A stretch of DNA of 64,000 bases from Octopus sinensis (Eukaryota), in NCBI RefSeq assembly GCF_006345805.1, contig NC_043021.1:24552001-24616000 (forward strand), written 5' to 3'. The stretch's first letter is position 1. Each line of letters opens with the position of its first letter. Below are positions 38,109 to 50,476 of the stretch, in pieces. Below the pieces are notes generated by a model, which saw nothing but the letters and a program-made list of their open reading frames with translations, was not told where the DNA came from and did not search any database. A program made the translations under genes and the position numbers.

Positions 38109-38285
38109 GTATATATATAATGTATATATATATATATATATATATGATATATATATATGTATATATGTATATATATATATATAAATATTATATATATGTA
38201 TATATGTATTATATATATATCTATATATAATATATATATATATATATATGTATATTATAATATATATATTATATATATATATATA
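37500..38285. repeat. Long imperfect (TA)n microsatellite
   Basis: Direct reading. Confidence 0.95.
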
Positions 38286-38292
38286 CTCGTAT

Positions 38293-38697
38293 ACTCTTAT
38301 ACTTGTTTCAGTCATTGACTGCGGGCATGCTGGAGCACCGCCTTTAGACGAGCAAATCGACCCCGGGACTTATTCTTTGTAAGCCCAGTACTTATTCTAT
38401 CGGTCTCTTTTGCCAAACCGCTAAGTTACGGAGACATAAACACACCAGCATCGGTTGTCAAGCAATGCTGGGGGGACAAACACAGATACACAAACACGTA
38501 CACACACCCACATATATATGTATACATATATACGACGAGCTTCTTTCAGTTTCTGTCTACCAAATTCACTCACAAGGCATTGGTCGGCCCGGGGCTATAG
38601 CAGAAGACACTTGCCAAGATGCCACGCAGGGCTGACTGACCCGGAACCATGTGGTTGGTAAGCAAGCTACTTACCACACAGCCACTCCTGCGCCTAT
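38293..38697 (-). mobile_element. SINE family A
   Basis: Reverse complement of 2213-2654 throughout. Confidence 0.9.
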
Positions 38698-39444
38698 ATA
38701 TAAGATGTTTGGAGAACTCATATGTGTTTTAGCTGATGAGTACGGGACACTTTTATCTGCTGCAATATTTGCAACTTTTAATAAAGCCTGCCTTTGTATG
38801 AAACAATTGTACAAAAAACTAATCCATTCTTGTTGCTTCTCTCTCGTATATATATATATATATATATGTATACACACACACACACATAGTTCTTTGCCAT
38901 TACAATGGACAAGAGGTCAACAGAAAATATATTTTGAAATATAAAAATATTAAGTTTTGAAATTAAATAAATATATATATATATGTGTGTGTGTATATAT
39001 ATATGTGTATGTATATATATGCGTGTGTGTGTGTGTGTATGTGCGTGTGTGTGACTATGTATGTATATATAAACTTCCGTTTGTATTTGAAAATTTGAGC
39101 GAGAGAGAGAAGAGAGACAGACAGACAGAGAGAGAAATAGAGAGAGAGAGAGAGAGAGAGTGAGAGAGTTATTTCGATGCAGTGAAGCATGAGAAGTGTA
39201 TCTCCTAACAACATCATTAGCCCAGTTGATTCTTCCCGGGAGAAAATTAAGAACGTGAACCGTGACGACAACAATAAAACAAACAGGTCTTGCGTTCATT
39301 AAACAAAGATGGCGACGTCGCTTAAGAACAAAACAGAAAAGGATGAGGAAAACCGATTGTTGGTGTTGTTTGGCGAAATGGGGAAATAGTTCACTTGGCA
39401 AACGCGAGATCAAAGGTTCGGTCTCACTGCTTGGATTTATATTA

Positions 39445-39790
39445 GGCACAGACATGGCTGTGTGGTTCAATTTGTAACGTCGAGGTTTTAGGTTCGGTCT
39501 TGTTGCATGACATTTTAGGAAAGTGTTTTCTTGGGTCGACGACGTCTCGAGTGTGAATTTGGTTGGCCGAAACTGTTAAAGCCCTCAATACATGTTTGCG
39601 GTTGTCTGCACCGTCATTTGACAACTGGTGTTGCTTTGCTTTCATCTCCGTAACCTGCCGGTTCGGCAAAAGAGAAGAAAAGAGTACCAGATTTAAGATA
39701 AAATTAATGGGATCACTTTTGAGCGACTAAACCCTTCAATGTGATGCCGCAGCATGGCCGCAGTCAAGTAACTGAAACAAAGAAAAGAAT
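39445..39790 (+). mobile_element. SINE family A, diverged
   Basis: atggctgtgtggtt head; ttgacaactggtgttg..ggttcggcaaaagag..gcagcatggccgcagtcaagtaactgaaac. Confidence 0.75.
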
Positions 39791-40439
39791 AAAAAAAACT
39801 ACAGAAAATACGAAAAGCAGCGAGATTTGGAGAAAAGTTTCATTTTTTTTATGAACAAACCACAAACATTGATGGACGATTGCTTCGCTTATCGATCGAT
39901 AATCTTGTGATTTGATGGTAGACATGATTCATCGATTAGCTAAAGAAATTCCCGTACAAGCTGAAACTCTCAGTTTTTGGACACTGTGTTGTATGACAAT
40001 TAGTATCTGAGATCGATGAAAATGATGACACACAGACAAACTGGATTCCCCACCCGTCCGCTTCTTTGTTTCTCTCTGTCTCTCGACAGGGGGCGGACAA
40101 GGGCTTCTTTTGATATAAAGTAAATAATAAATACACAATCCAGCCATGACTTTGTGAAGGACTCACGAAAATTTTCGGATAACTGGAGACAAAAGACTTT
40201 CCTATGTGAATCGGTTGCCCTTCACCAGGAATTACGTATACTAAAGTAAAAAGATTTGTTACCTGTGCAGATTACCACAACGTAACATTATCAACAGTCA
40301 TTTTTATATTAAGCGAATAGATGGCGTGGTGCAGCATTGAAATCTGTAACACCGAAGGTTGATATTTCTATATTGTAGGACTCTACATGAAAGCGGTTGT
40401 GCATGCTTTCCACTTAGATAATAATAATAATAATAATTT

Positions 40440-40745
40440 CAACTGTAGGCACAAAGACTGAAATTTTTGGGGAGAGGACTTGTCGATTACATCGACCCCA
40501 GTACACAACTGGTACTTAATTCATCGATCCCAAAACGATGAAAGGCAAAGACGACCTCGGCGGAATTTGAACTCAGAACGTAACGGCAGATGAAATACCC
40601 ATTTCTTTACTACCCACAAGGGGCTAAACACAGAGAGAACAAACAAGAACAGAAAAACGGGTTAAGTCGATTATATCGACCCCAGTGCGTAACTGGTACT
40701 TATTTAATCAACCCTGAAAGGATGAAAGACAAAGTCGACCTCGGT
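40440..40745 (-). mobile_element. Two adjacent SINE family B copies with different tails
   Basis: 40440-40598 has tail type 1 (taggcacaaagactgaaatt). 40600-40745 has tail type 2 (atttctttactacccacaaggggctaaac). Confidence 0.85.
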
Positions 40746-41674
40746 CGAGTTGGTTGAATTTTCGTAAGTGAAATCGTTCAGAAATTCATTAAATGAACTC
40801 TACCTGATATTGGCAGGGCGGGGGTACTTTATCTGTCGTCCAGTTCAACATCCTCACTTGACCCATGGCTATCTTTAGTGAACTTACTTTCCTCACATCC
40901 GTCTCATTGGTTTTGAGAAATATTCAGCGATGCTACTCTGACGATTTCATGAGCGATTGAGAATTCTTTCTCCACGTCGTTTTTTCTTTTTTAAAAAATA
41001 GTTTTTCCTTTCCGTTGTTTTCCCAGAGAATTCACGCACTTTCATGGCTATCATAGTTGCTGCCTCGATTATTTGATTTAACCTGGGATATTGATTTTCG
41101 TATTTAAGTGATTCTAGGATTGCTAACTTTACCTTTTTATTGTTGTTGTTGCATCGTTATGCTTTAACTTTCGGAAGCGTATTCGATTAATTGTGATTCT
41201 ATATCCATCTTTGGATTATTGCAATATTCAAAATCTCTATTCTTTACAGTTTTCTGTTCTTAAAGCTTATGCAAATTCACTTTTACTCATATTTTCGTTG
41301 GTATACATCTGGTTCGGCTTTTGTCGATGTTGTTTTCTTTTCCCCAGTTCGCTTTGTGCTGTGACCCTGTTATCTAGATGTGTTGTCATCTGACTTTGAT
41401 GTGCATCGCTATTTCTTTCCTTTCTTTCCTTTCTTTATGCTAAGTTTTGTGTTACTTCTACTGTAGATCTGTTATTGTTACAAACTGAATGCGCTTACTC
41501 CATACACTGCCAGATAAAGCATTATAGATTAGCTTTCAGAAATCTTTGTTGCAGCATCACTGCTGTCAAGACAAGCCGAAGAGATGTGACAATGCGAAGA
41601 ATAGAATACGTACATAATGTTGCAGAGCAGACAAAAATGATCGGCATGTAGTGGTCAAGTTCTAGTTATTTCTT

Positions 41675-42050
41675 TTATCTTTTGCTTGTTTCAGTCATTG
41701 GACAGCGACCATGCTGGGGAACGCCCTTCAAGAGTTTAGTCGAAAAAGTCGACCTCAGTACTTTAAGTTTATGTTTTAAGTTTTGTACTTATTCTCTGTT
41801 TCTTTTGCCGAACCGCCAAATTACGGGGATGTAGACAAACCAGCACCGGTTGTTAAGCAATGGAAGGCGACAAACATACATATATATACGTGGTACTTCC
41901 ACACAATTTCCCTATATCAAATTCACTCACAAAGCATTGGTTGGTCTGGGGCTCAAGAAGAAGACACTTTCCCAAGATTCCGCGCAGTGGAATTGAACCC
42001 AAAACCATGAAGCTGCAAAGCGAGCTTCTTGATCACACAGCCAGACCGGC
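41675..42050 (-). mobile_element. SINE family A, diverged
   Basis: ttgtttcagtcattggacagcgaccatgctgg..tttgccgaaccgcc..tcactcacaaagcattggttgg. Confidence 0.8.
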
Positions 42051-42147
42051 AACGCCTATTGTATAGGAAACAATCCGTCGGGTCAGTTGGAAGACTTTCT
42101 CCACTGCTTTTAACGAAAAAGAAATGCAGGTTGGTGCTTTTGAGGTC

Positions 42148-44048
42148 AGGTGGAAAGTGTAAAGGGGACAGCGGAGGGGACAAGACTGAAAGTGTAAAGG
42201 GGACAGCGGAGGGGACAAGACTGAAAGTGTAAAGGGGACAGTGGAGGGGAAAACTGAAAGTTGTAAGAGGGACAGCGGAGGGACAAACGGAAAGTGTAAA
42301 GGGGAGAGTGGAGGGACAAGACTGAAAGTGTAAAGGGAAGGGAGAGTGGAGGGACAAGACTGAAGTGTAAAGGGAGAGTGGAGGGGACAAGACTGAAAGT
42401 GTAAAGGGAGAGTGGAGGGACAAGACTGAAGTGTAAAGGGAGAGTGGAGGGGACAAGACTGAAAGTGTAAAGGAGAGTGGAGGGGACAAGACTGAAAGTG
42501 TAAAGGGGACAGCGGAGGGGACAAGACTGAAAGTGTAAAGGGGGGACAGCGGAGGGGACAAGACTGAAAGTGTAAAGGGGAGAGTGGAGGGGACAAGACT
42601 GAAAGTGTAAAGGGGACAGCAGAGGGGACAAGACTGAAAGTGTAAAGGGGAGAGTGGAGGGGACAAGACTGAAAGTGTAAAGGGGAGAGTGGAGGGGACA
42701 AGACTGAAAGGGTAAAGGGGAGAGTGGAGGGGACAAGACTGAAAGTGTAAAGGGGAGAGTGGAGGGGACAAGACTGAAAGTGTAAAGGGGAGAGTGGAGG
42801 GGACAAGACTGAAAGTGTAAAGGGGAGAGTGGAGGGGACCAGACTGAAAGTGTAAAGGAGAGGGAGGGGACAAGACTGAAAGTGTAAAGGGGACAGCGGA
42901 GGGGACAAGACTGAAAGTGTATGTAAGGGGACAGCGGAGGGGACAAGACTGAAAGTGTAAAGGGGACAGCGGAGGGGACAAGACTGAAAGTGTAAAGGGA
43001 GAGTGGAGGGGACAAGACTGAAAGTGGTAAAGGGGAGAGTGGAGGGGACAAGACTGAAAGTGTAAAGGGGAGAGTGGAGGGGACAAGACTGAAAGTGTAA
43101 AGGGGAGAGTGGAGGGGACAAGACTGAAAGTGTAAAGGGGAGAGTGTGGAGGGGACAAGACTGAAAGTGTAAAGGGGAGGAGAGTGAGAGGGACAAGACT
43201 GAAAGTGTAAAGGGGACAGCGGAGGGGACAAGACTGAAAGTGTAAAGGGGAAGGGAGAGCGGAGGGGACAAGACTGAAAGTGTAAAGGGGACAGCGGAGG
43301 GGACAAGACTGAAAGTGTAAAGGGGAGAGTGGAGGGGACAAGACTGAAAGTGTAAAGGGGAGAGTGGAGGGGACAAGACTGAAAGTGTAAAGGGGAGAGT
43401 GGAGGGGACAAGACTGAAAGTGTAAAGGGGAGAGTGGAGGGGACAAGACTGAAAGTGTAAAGGGGAGAGTGGAGGGGACAAGACTGAAAGTGTAAAGGGG
43501 AGAGTGGAGGGGACAAGACTGAAAGTGTAAAGGGGACAGCGGAGGGGACAAGACTGAAAGTGTAAAGGGGACAGCGGAGGGGACAAGACTGAAAGTGTAA
43601 AGGGGAGAGTGGAGGGGACAAGACTGAAAGTGTAAAGGGGAGAGTGGAGGGGACAAGACTGAAAGTGTAAAGGGGACAGCGGAGGGGACAAGACTGAAAG
43701 TGTAAAGGGGACAGCGGAGGGGACAAGACTGAAAGTGTAAAGGGGAGAGTGGAGGGGACAAGACTGAAAGTGTAAAGGGGAGAGTGGAGGGGACAAGACT
43801 GAAAGTGTAAAGGGGAGAGTGGAGGGACAAGACTGAAAGTGTAAAGGGGAGAGTGGAGGGGACAAGACTGAAAGTGTAAAGGGGAGAGTGGAGGGGACAA
43901 GACTGAAAGTGTAAAGGGGAGAGTGGAGGGGACAAGACTGAAAGTGTAAAGGGGAGAGTGGAGGGGACAAGACTGAAAGTGTAAAGGGGAGAGTGGAGGA
44001 GACAAGACTGAAAGTGTAAAGGGGACAGCGGAGGGGACAAGACTGAAA
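42148..44048. repeat. 35-bp G-rich minisatellite, ~54 copies
   Basis: Unit GGACAAGACTGAAAGTGTAAAGGGGA(G/C)AG(T/C)GGAGG, with two co-varying variants (gagagtgg / gacagcgg). Confidence 0.97.
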
Positions 44049-45059
44049 GATTTGCGGTCAAAAGAGTTTATTTCAAACGAAGATGTGTTTTGTCCAATGT
44101 CATGAAAAGCGGAAGGGGAAGTGGAGATGGAAATCGGGACGCAAATAAGATTTGAGGAACGCAGATAGCATTTCGCAAATATAAGGCTTAATGAGACTGG
44201 ATCATTGTATTTGAAAGCCTTGTTTGTAGGTTGACAAGTCTTTTGAGCAATTATTACCGGCCCCCAGTGGGGAAGCCATCCGAAACACAAACAATAACAA
44301 GTGAATAAGGATCTAGACAGATATGGGGAAAGTTCTGGAAAGTCTAACACCTAACTTCGGCGTCAAGAGTTATATAAACACCTGCATTGAGTACCCCTGC
44401 AGAATACCAAAGGTGCTTCCCAACCCATCTGAAGTGAGGGCCAGATACCGGATTAGCGGAGGGTTCAAAGACTTCCAGATTTCAGTGCTCTTTCAAAAGA
44501 ATGAAGAAACTAAAGTGAGTTTCGATGCTTTCGAAAAGAAATTCGCATTCTGTTATCCACAGAATGAAACGAGCCCATCACGTGGTTAGAGAAATACGAG
44601 GGCAACAGTGTCAAACTCTCTCTCTCTCTTACAGCAAATGAGCCAGCAACCAAAGGAAAAAAGGTCAAAGGCGATGGTATGAAATATCAATCCCACCACT
44701 CAAGAAAAGCCAACCACAGAAGGAGGCTGTGGAAAGGGTACAAATGCACGGTGGTGCTCCAGCATGGCTGAAACCGTATGACTGAAATGTATATATATAT
44801 ATATATATATAAATAATTGAGATTCAGATGAATTAGGTACTTAATTCGAAGCACCAAATCAGTGCGGTATTATCAGTACAACTCAAAGTAAAGTGAATAA
44901 AATCAAAATAAGCAATGATATATATATATATAATATATATATATAAATATGTATATGATACATAATTATGGGTAACACACACACACACGCACACGTATAT
45001 TTTATGTGTTTAAATAATTACACATAAACAGTAGACTAGAAAGATAAAGTTGCTTCCCG

Positions 45060-45282
45060 ATTCATGTGGGTTCATAGGGCCGGTTTCCCAGTTTCGGTGG
45101 TGCATATGTTCCCCTCTGGCACGAGGCGCCGGTCGGACGCAGGGTAACTAATTTTTGCCAGCTGAGTGCACTGGATCAACGTGAAATGAAGTGTCTTGCT
45201 GAAGAACACAACGTGTTGCCCGGACCAGGAAGCGAAACCATAATCTTATAATCACGAGTCAAACACCTCACCACTAAGCCTC
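45060..45282 (-). mobile_element. tRNA-derived SINE, family C
   Basis: caacgtgaaatgaagtgtcttgctgaagaacacaac..accactaagcc is the reverse complement of the head and body at 62278-62400. Confidence 0.75.
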
Positions 45283-45310
45283 CACACATACACAATACAA
45301 TGTTTTATAT

Positions 45311-45348
<38 letters not shown>

Positions 45349-45523
45349 GCTTCAAAAGTTCCTGTCTATGACTACGTGTGACTGAAGAACATACACGCAC
45401 ATACACACTTATACATCTACTGAAGAAGCAGGCATAAAAAATATACTTAGAAATATGCATAATGGTCTGATTATGTAAGAGTGGAAACGAAAGCGAGAAA
45501 TCGATACTTATACCCCCAACACC

Positions 45524-45556
<33 letters not shown>

Positions 45557-45585
45557 TATATATATATATATATAGATATATATAT

Positions 45586-45619
<34 letters not shown>

Positions 45620-45638
45620 ATATATATATATATATATA

Positions 45639-45694
<56 letters not shown>

Positions 45695-45901
45695 TTTTTC
45701 TTATTAATCATGAGATACGAATGTATCCACATTCACGAACTTCACTGATATAGTTTTTGTCCACAGAGAATATTTATTTTTTTACAATGTAAATATATAT
45801 ATTTATAAAGTATACATGTATGTATACATGTGACTATAATGTATATGTGCATATATGCGTACATGTGTACGTAAGTATATATAATATATATTTATATAAA
45901 T

Positions 45902-45945
<44 letters not shown>

Positions 45946-46989
45946 CGTGGTGGTGGTGGGGAGATCATACCTGTGTATTTGAATATGTATGTCGATGAAA
46001 TTAACAATTTTAAGCGTCATTTTGCTAAAATGAATCTCAACTAATTCTCGAAAAGTTATCTTCAGAAAAGATTAATTCTTTAAGTCTTGTAGATCCAATA
46101 ATCGCCGTTATCTTTATTTTTATTTACTTTTACCTCAATATATTTTTTTGTTTATTTTGTAAATTAGATATATGAGAAAAGTGGATTTTACTCTGCTGGA
46201 ATGGAAACTAGGTAAAAAATATAAGAGGAATTCCTATACAGTGAATCAATAAGAAGGAAATTTGTTGGTTACTTTTAGATATCTTTGTTCTATTAACATT
46301 TATCTCCTCCTTCTATTTTTTTTCACGTCCATAACACACTTTTAAAATCATTTTTCACAAGTATATTGGTATACATACGAATACATAGATTAACGAACAC
46401 ATGCAAAGGAATGCATAAATAATCGAACATATATACGCGATACATACATGAATACGAATGAATACAGAGGAATACATACAAGCGAACACAAGGAAACGAA
46501 TAGATTCGTAAATGAAGACATACGACTACATATTTAAACGAACAGGTACAAACGAATGCATACAGAGGGATAGATACAGATGAGTATATATAAAGGAAAC
46601 ACACACACCAGCAAATGCATACAAACGAACACATATTTAAACGAACACGGACTAACGGTCACGTGCATAAACGTAGAAATATATACCAATATGTATGTAA
46701 ATATATATATATATATATATGTATATATATCACTGTTCTATATTTTAGAGATGAGGAACTCTGTACATCATTTAAATTATTTACTTTGGGCGGATATTTG
46801 TCCTCATCTTGTTTGTTGTTACCACAATGTTTCGACTGATTTACTCTCCATCCTTTATCAGGTGTCTTGGTAGAATTTTGAATCCAACCTTGGGTTCTCA
46901 TTCCTTAGGAATATTTTGCTGATGTTATTATTATTAATTCAAGGCACTGCCTGGAATTGAACTCGGAATCTTGGCGCTCTTAACCATTA

Positions 46990-48215
46990 CTCTATATGCC
47001 CGTGAGCATATAGCGTAATGCCCAATAAATGCCCTAATTGTGAGGAACTATATATTGGCAAGACAGGGAATGTATTTTCGGAACACTCATGGGTCCACAG
47101 ACAACAAATCCAGAACACCAATGTTCGCCAAATTCCACTGAGCGAACATATAGAGACATGCGGTCAGAAAGTGTTTCTACTTTTTCCTTTCCACAAACTA
47201 CATGAGACACGTGAGGTTGGAAGGAAGATAAAAGAAAAACGTTTCATTAAATTGATCAAACCTGTTCTGAACGGAAATAACAATAATATAAAATCAGTTA
47301 ATGATGTGGTTTAAAACAATATCTTTAGGAAATGAATATAAACAAATTTTAGAAGACTTCCACCAACTGAAATAAAAACGATTGAAACCAACTAATTTTG
47401 CCGATTCATAAAACCATTACATGTAAACCGCAAGCTATTTGGTTAAAATAAAGGCGGAATCTATGCCATTAATATCATTGCGCTCGGCAATGGTCAAAAC
47501 CGTATTCGAAACATTCAGCTTATCGGAGCGTTCTAAAAGTTATAAAATGTCAATCATTTTACTACAGTTGTCAAGCACTCAAGTCTCAGTCAATGCGTTT
47601 TCAAATCTGATGATTACTGCGAACGTATGAAAGCTCTAATTGAACTTTATGGATATTACAAAATATCTTTTTAATATTTAACACACTACAACATTCTAAA
47701 AAAATTTAAATACAATAATAAAAAACATGAAAACCAGACCATGTTTTAATTTTATTCAATTGCACACGCCAGCACCACCTCCACACCACCAGGTCATACC
47801 ATATCACACTACTCTGCACACACTCTAGCACTGACCGCTTCCCAGCACCCACACCATCATCCACACACCTACACATGTACACGTACACGTCAAGGTCACC
47901 AGCCCCTATCCACACGCACATATATGCTCTCACACACGCACGTGCACCTTCGTTTTGGGATCACCACTACTTTTTTTTATCTCTTCTTCTTCCTAGCTCT
48001 CCTGTCTGACGACCTCTGTCCGGCATTCGCCATGACTGATCGCTAGCCACTAAACCTTTTTTATTTTCTCTCCCTGTTTATTTCTGTGTTCCTTTCTGTC
48101 GAAGAGCATAGGCTCGAAACGTAAAAGACTTTCTCACTTCCCGAGCATTAAACTAATACATCTGTTTGTTGTCTACACACCCATCTTCGTCTTTTTTTTG
48201 TAAATTCCAACTGCA
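46990..48215 (+). mobile_element. 5'-truncated Penelope-like element: GIY-YIG C-terminus + 3' pLTR
   Basis: 47018-47314 encodes CPNCEELYIGKT..VHRQQIQ..PLSEHIETCG..FPFHKL..KEKRFIKLIKPVLN, homologous to the EN at 58560-58850. A hammerhead motif lies at 48092-48127. Confidence 0.8.
48092..48127 (+). ncRNA. Minimal hammerhead-like motif, A6U core variant
   Basis: CTTT CTGTCGA A GAGC-ATAG-GCTC GAAA CG T A AAAG. Stems I, II and the ACGT stem III are intact, but the core has U at conserved position 6. Confidence 0.55.
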
Positions 48216-48829
48216 CACACACACACACGTCGGTGTACTACCATATAACCATAACCCAATCGCTAAAATATCATTCTTCCGTTCTGTTCCTTTCGAATAC
48301 GACACATATCGATATAAAACGACAGTAAACTCTCTTCTCTTTCTCGCTCTCTCTTAGCAAGACTAGTAAACATAGCTGAGATCTAAAACTGCTGAGTTCT
48401 GTTATTGGCCCTAATCAATACAGTACATAAGGGAATATAGTATTGAACTGTCTCAATAAATACAGAATGTTTCTTGTCAATTAGTTTCTTGATTAAAACA
48501 TTCAGTCTATAAACTATAATATATATTATAATATATATAATATATATTATTAAACTATAATATATATTATTTTGAACTTGTTTAGAGTCCTCAATGGATT
48601 TCTAATCGTTTTGATCTTCGATTCAAGAATTCCTATTCTTTCGTATCATTTAGAATCTAAATAAGAACACTTTTTCGTTTTCTCTAATTCTTGGGTCAAG
48701 GGACAGACAAGTGTCTCAGCTTGTGTTCATCTTGCTTGCTCTTTATATACTTTAGAATCAATACTGGTTGAAAATGTGTTCGAACTTTGTAAGTTTTCCG
48801 TATAATCAAAGCTATATATTCAATGAGCC

Positions 48830-49200
48830 TGTGAGCTATGCCCATGGAGCGCAGATTCATAGGAGGGCCCTTCATGCTGGACAGGTCAAAGGAGAGAAGC
48901 AAAACTAATATGGGCTCCCTCTTTCCAGAAGCAAAAATGGGTTTGTTTGGGACGAACATCCCTATCTTGGCAAAAAGCAAACTTACAGAAACAACGATGA
49001 CTATCGGACACCAGCATGGCCAAGGAGAGGAAGGCAACCCGGAGTGAAGAACAAGGGAGATAAGTCATCGATGATCTCTACTCCACAGGAAGTAAAAGTA
49101 AGCAACGGAATTAGGTGGGTATTGAAGAGATTGTGCGCTAAAGTATCAGGACCATAGGAACATAAAATGTTGAAGTGAACAGATTCACAATATTAGTCAA
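48830..49200 (+). mobile_element. Probable RTE-clade LINE 5' fragment
   Basis: caggtcaaaggagagaagcaaaactaa resembles recalled RTE 5' UTR text. IRTIGT*NV at ~49147-49175 resembles the APE start RIGTWNV. Confidence 0.4.
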
Positions 49201-49309
49201 AATTTTGCTATAAAGATCCAACCCAACGCCACAAAGACAAAAATAAACCCTAAAAGCAATCAATCACTTTTATGTTGGGTGCTTTTTACAAAAAGATTTC
49301 ATTTAATAC

Positions 49310-49870
49310 ATCTTTTACTTGCCTCAGTCAACTGCAGCTATGCTGGGGCACCGCCTTGAAGGGTTTTATTCCAAAAAATTTCGAACCGGTACTTATTTTT
49401 TTGAAGTCTGGTACTTATATCGATATCGTTAGCCAAACCGCTAAGTTACAGGGATGTAAACAGACCAGCATTAGTTGTCAGACGGCGTGAAGCACAGTTT
49501 CCATCTGCCTAATGTACTCAGAAGGCATTGGTCGGTCTTGGGTTAGAAAGGAAGAGACTTGCCCAAGTGATTGAACCCCAACCCATGAGGTTGAAAAGCA
49601 AGCTTCTTAACCTATTTCTTTACTACCCACAAGGGGCTAAACACAGAGAGGACAAACAAGGACAGACAAACGGATTAAGTCGATTACATCGACCCCAGTG
49701 CGTAACTGGTACTTAATTTATCGACCCCGAAAGGATGAAAGGCAAAGTCGGCCTCGGCGGAATTTGAACTCAGAACGTAGCGGCAGACGAAATGCCGCTA
49801 AGAATTTCGTCCTGCGTGCTAACGTTTCAGCCAGCTCGCAAGCATCTTAACCATACAACCAACCATGGCC
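49310..49870 (-). mobile_element. SINE family A interrupted by a family B copy
   Basis: Family-A tail and body at 49310-49612; the remainder of the head follows after 49840. Confidence 0.75.
49613..49839 (-). mobile_element. SINE family B, tail type 2, with 13-bp target-site duplication
   Basis: Flanked by aagcttcttaacc (49600-49612) and aagcatcttaacc (49840-49852). Confidence 0.88.
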
Positions 49871-50097
49871 TATTAAAGAATCTATTTTTCATTTCAAGTT
49901 TGGCCCCGAACCTCATTACGTTCCATACTTGTCATATGCACGGAATTGAACCGATGGTCTATTATTTCAAACGAACATTCAGTGTTCTGATCCATTTCAC
50001 TGCCAAAATCTTTTGCTATGTTTCCCTCTTAACCAAGTCAGGATTTCTCTTTCGTCTTCTGTCGTTTGACACAAGACCAACGGTTTATGAAACCAGT

Positions 50098-50362
50098 CGG
50101 ATTGCACCAACCCCCAACATAACAGGATGAAAGGCAAAGCTGACCTCAGCATAATTTGAACTTTCTGAGTTCAAATGTATGCTGAGGTCAGCTTATAAAG
50201 GGCCGGCAGAAATAGCGGAAGCTATTTTCTCCGACTTCTGACATTCTAACAATTCTGCCAGTTCGACGCCTTAGTTTTCCGGCCCTGTATATTCTGAGTT
50301 CAAATTACGCTCAAGTCAACTTCACCCTTCATCCTGTCATGTAAGGGGTTGGTGCAATCGTC
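50098..50362. repeat. Inverted arrangement of SINE-B core sequences with an inner near-perfect hairpin
   Basis: 50098-50165 pairs imperfectly with 50293-50362, and 50137-50194 forms a 26-bp stem. Confidence 0.8.
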
Positions 50363-50443
50363 CGATAGAACTGAAAATAAAAACATTCCCCTCATACGTT
50401 TGGAATGGAACAATGAATATGTTACCCTGAAGACGAGGCTTTG

Positions 50444-50476
<33 letters not shown>

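Noticed and set aside
31744-38315. Many YI/IY/CV/HT-rich ORFs here and throughout the window
   Set aside because: They are translations of (TA)n, (TG)n and (CA)n microsatellites.
39300-39390. AAGATGGCG start-like motif with a short ORF (MATSLKNKTEKDEENR...)
   Set aside because: It stops after 26 codons and has no convincing splice donor.
42148-44048. CRISPR-like array
   Set aside because: Units are contiguous with no unique spacers, and the context is eukaryotic.
41953-44350. Three 645-734 aa ORFs on the minus strand
   Set aside because: They are translations of the 35-bp minisatellite. The A-poor minus strand has no stop triplet in any frame, and the peptides simply cycle with the repeat.
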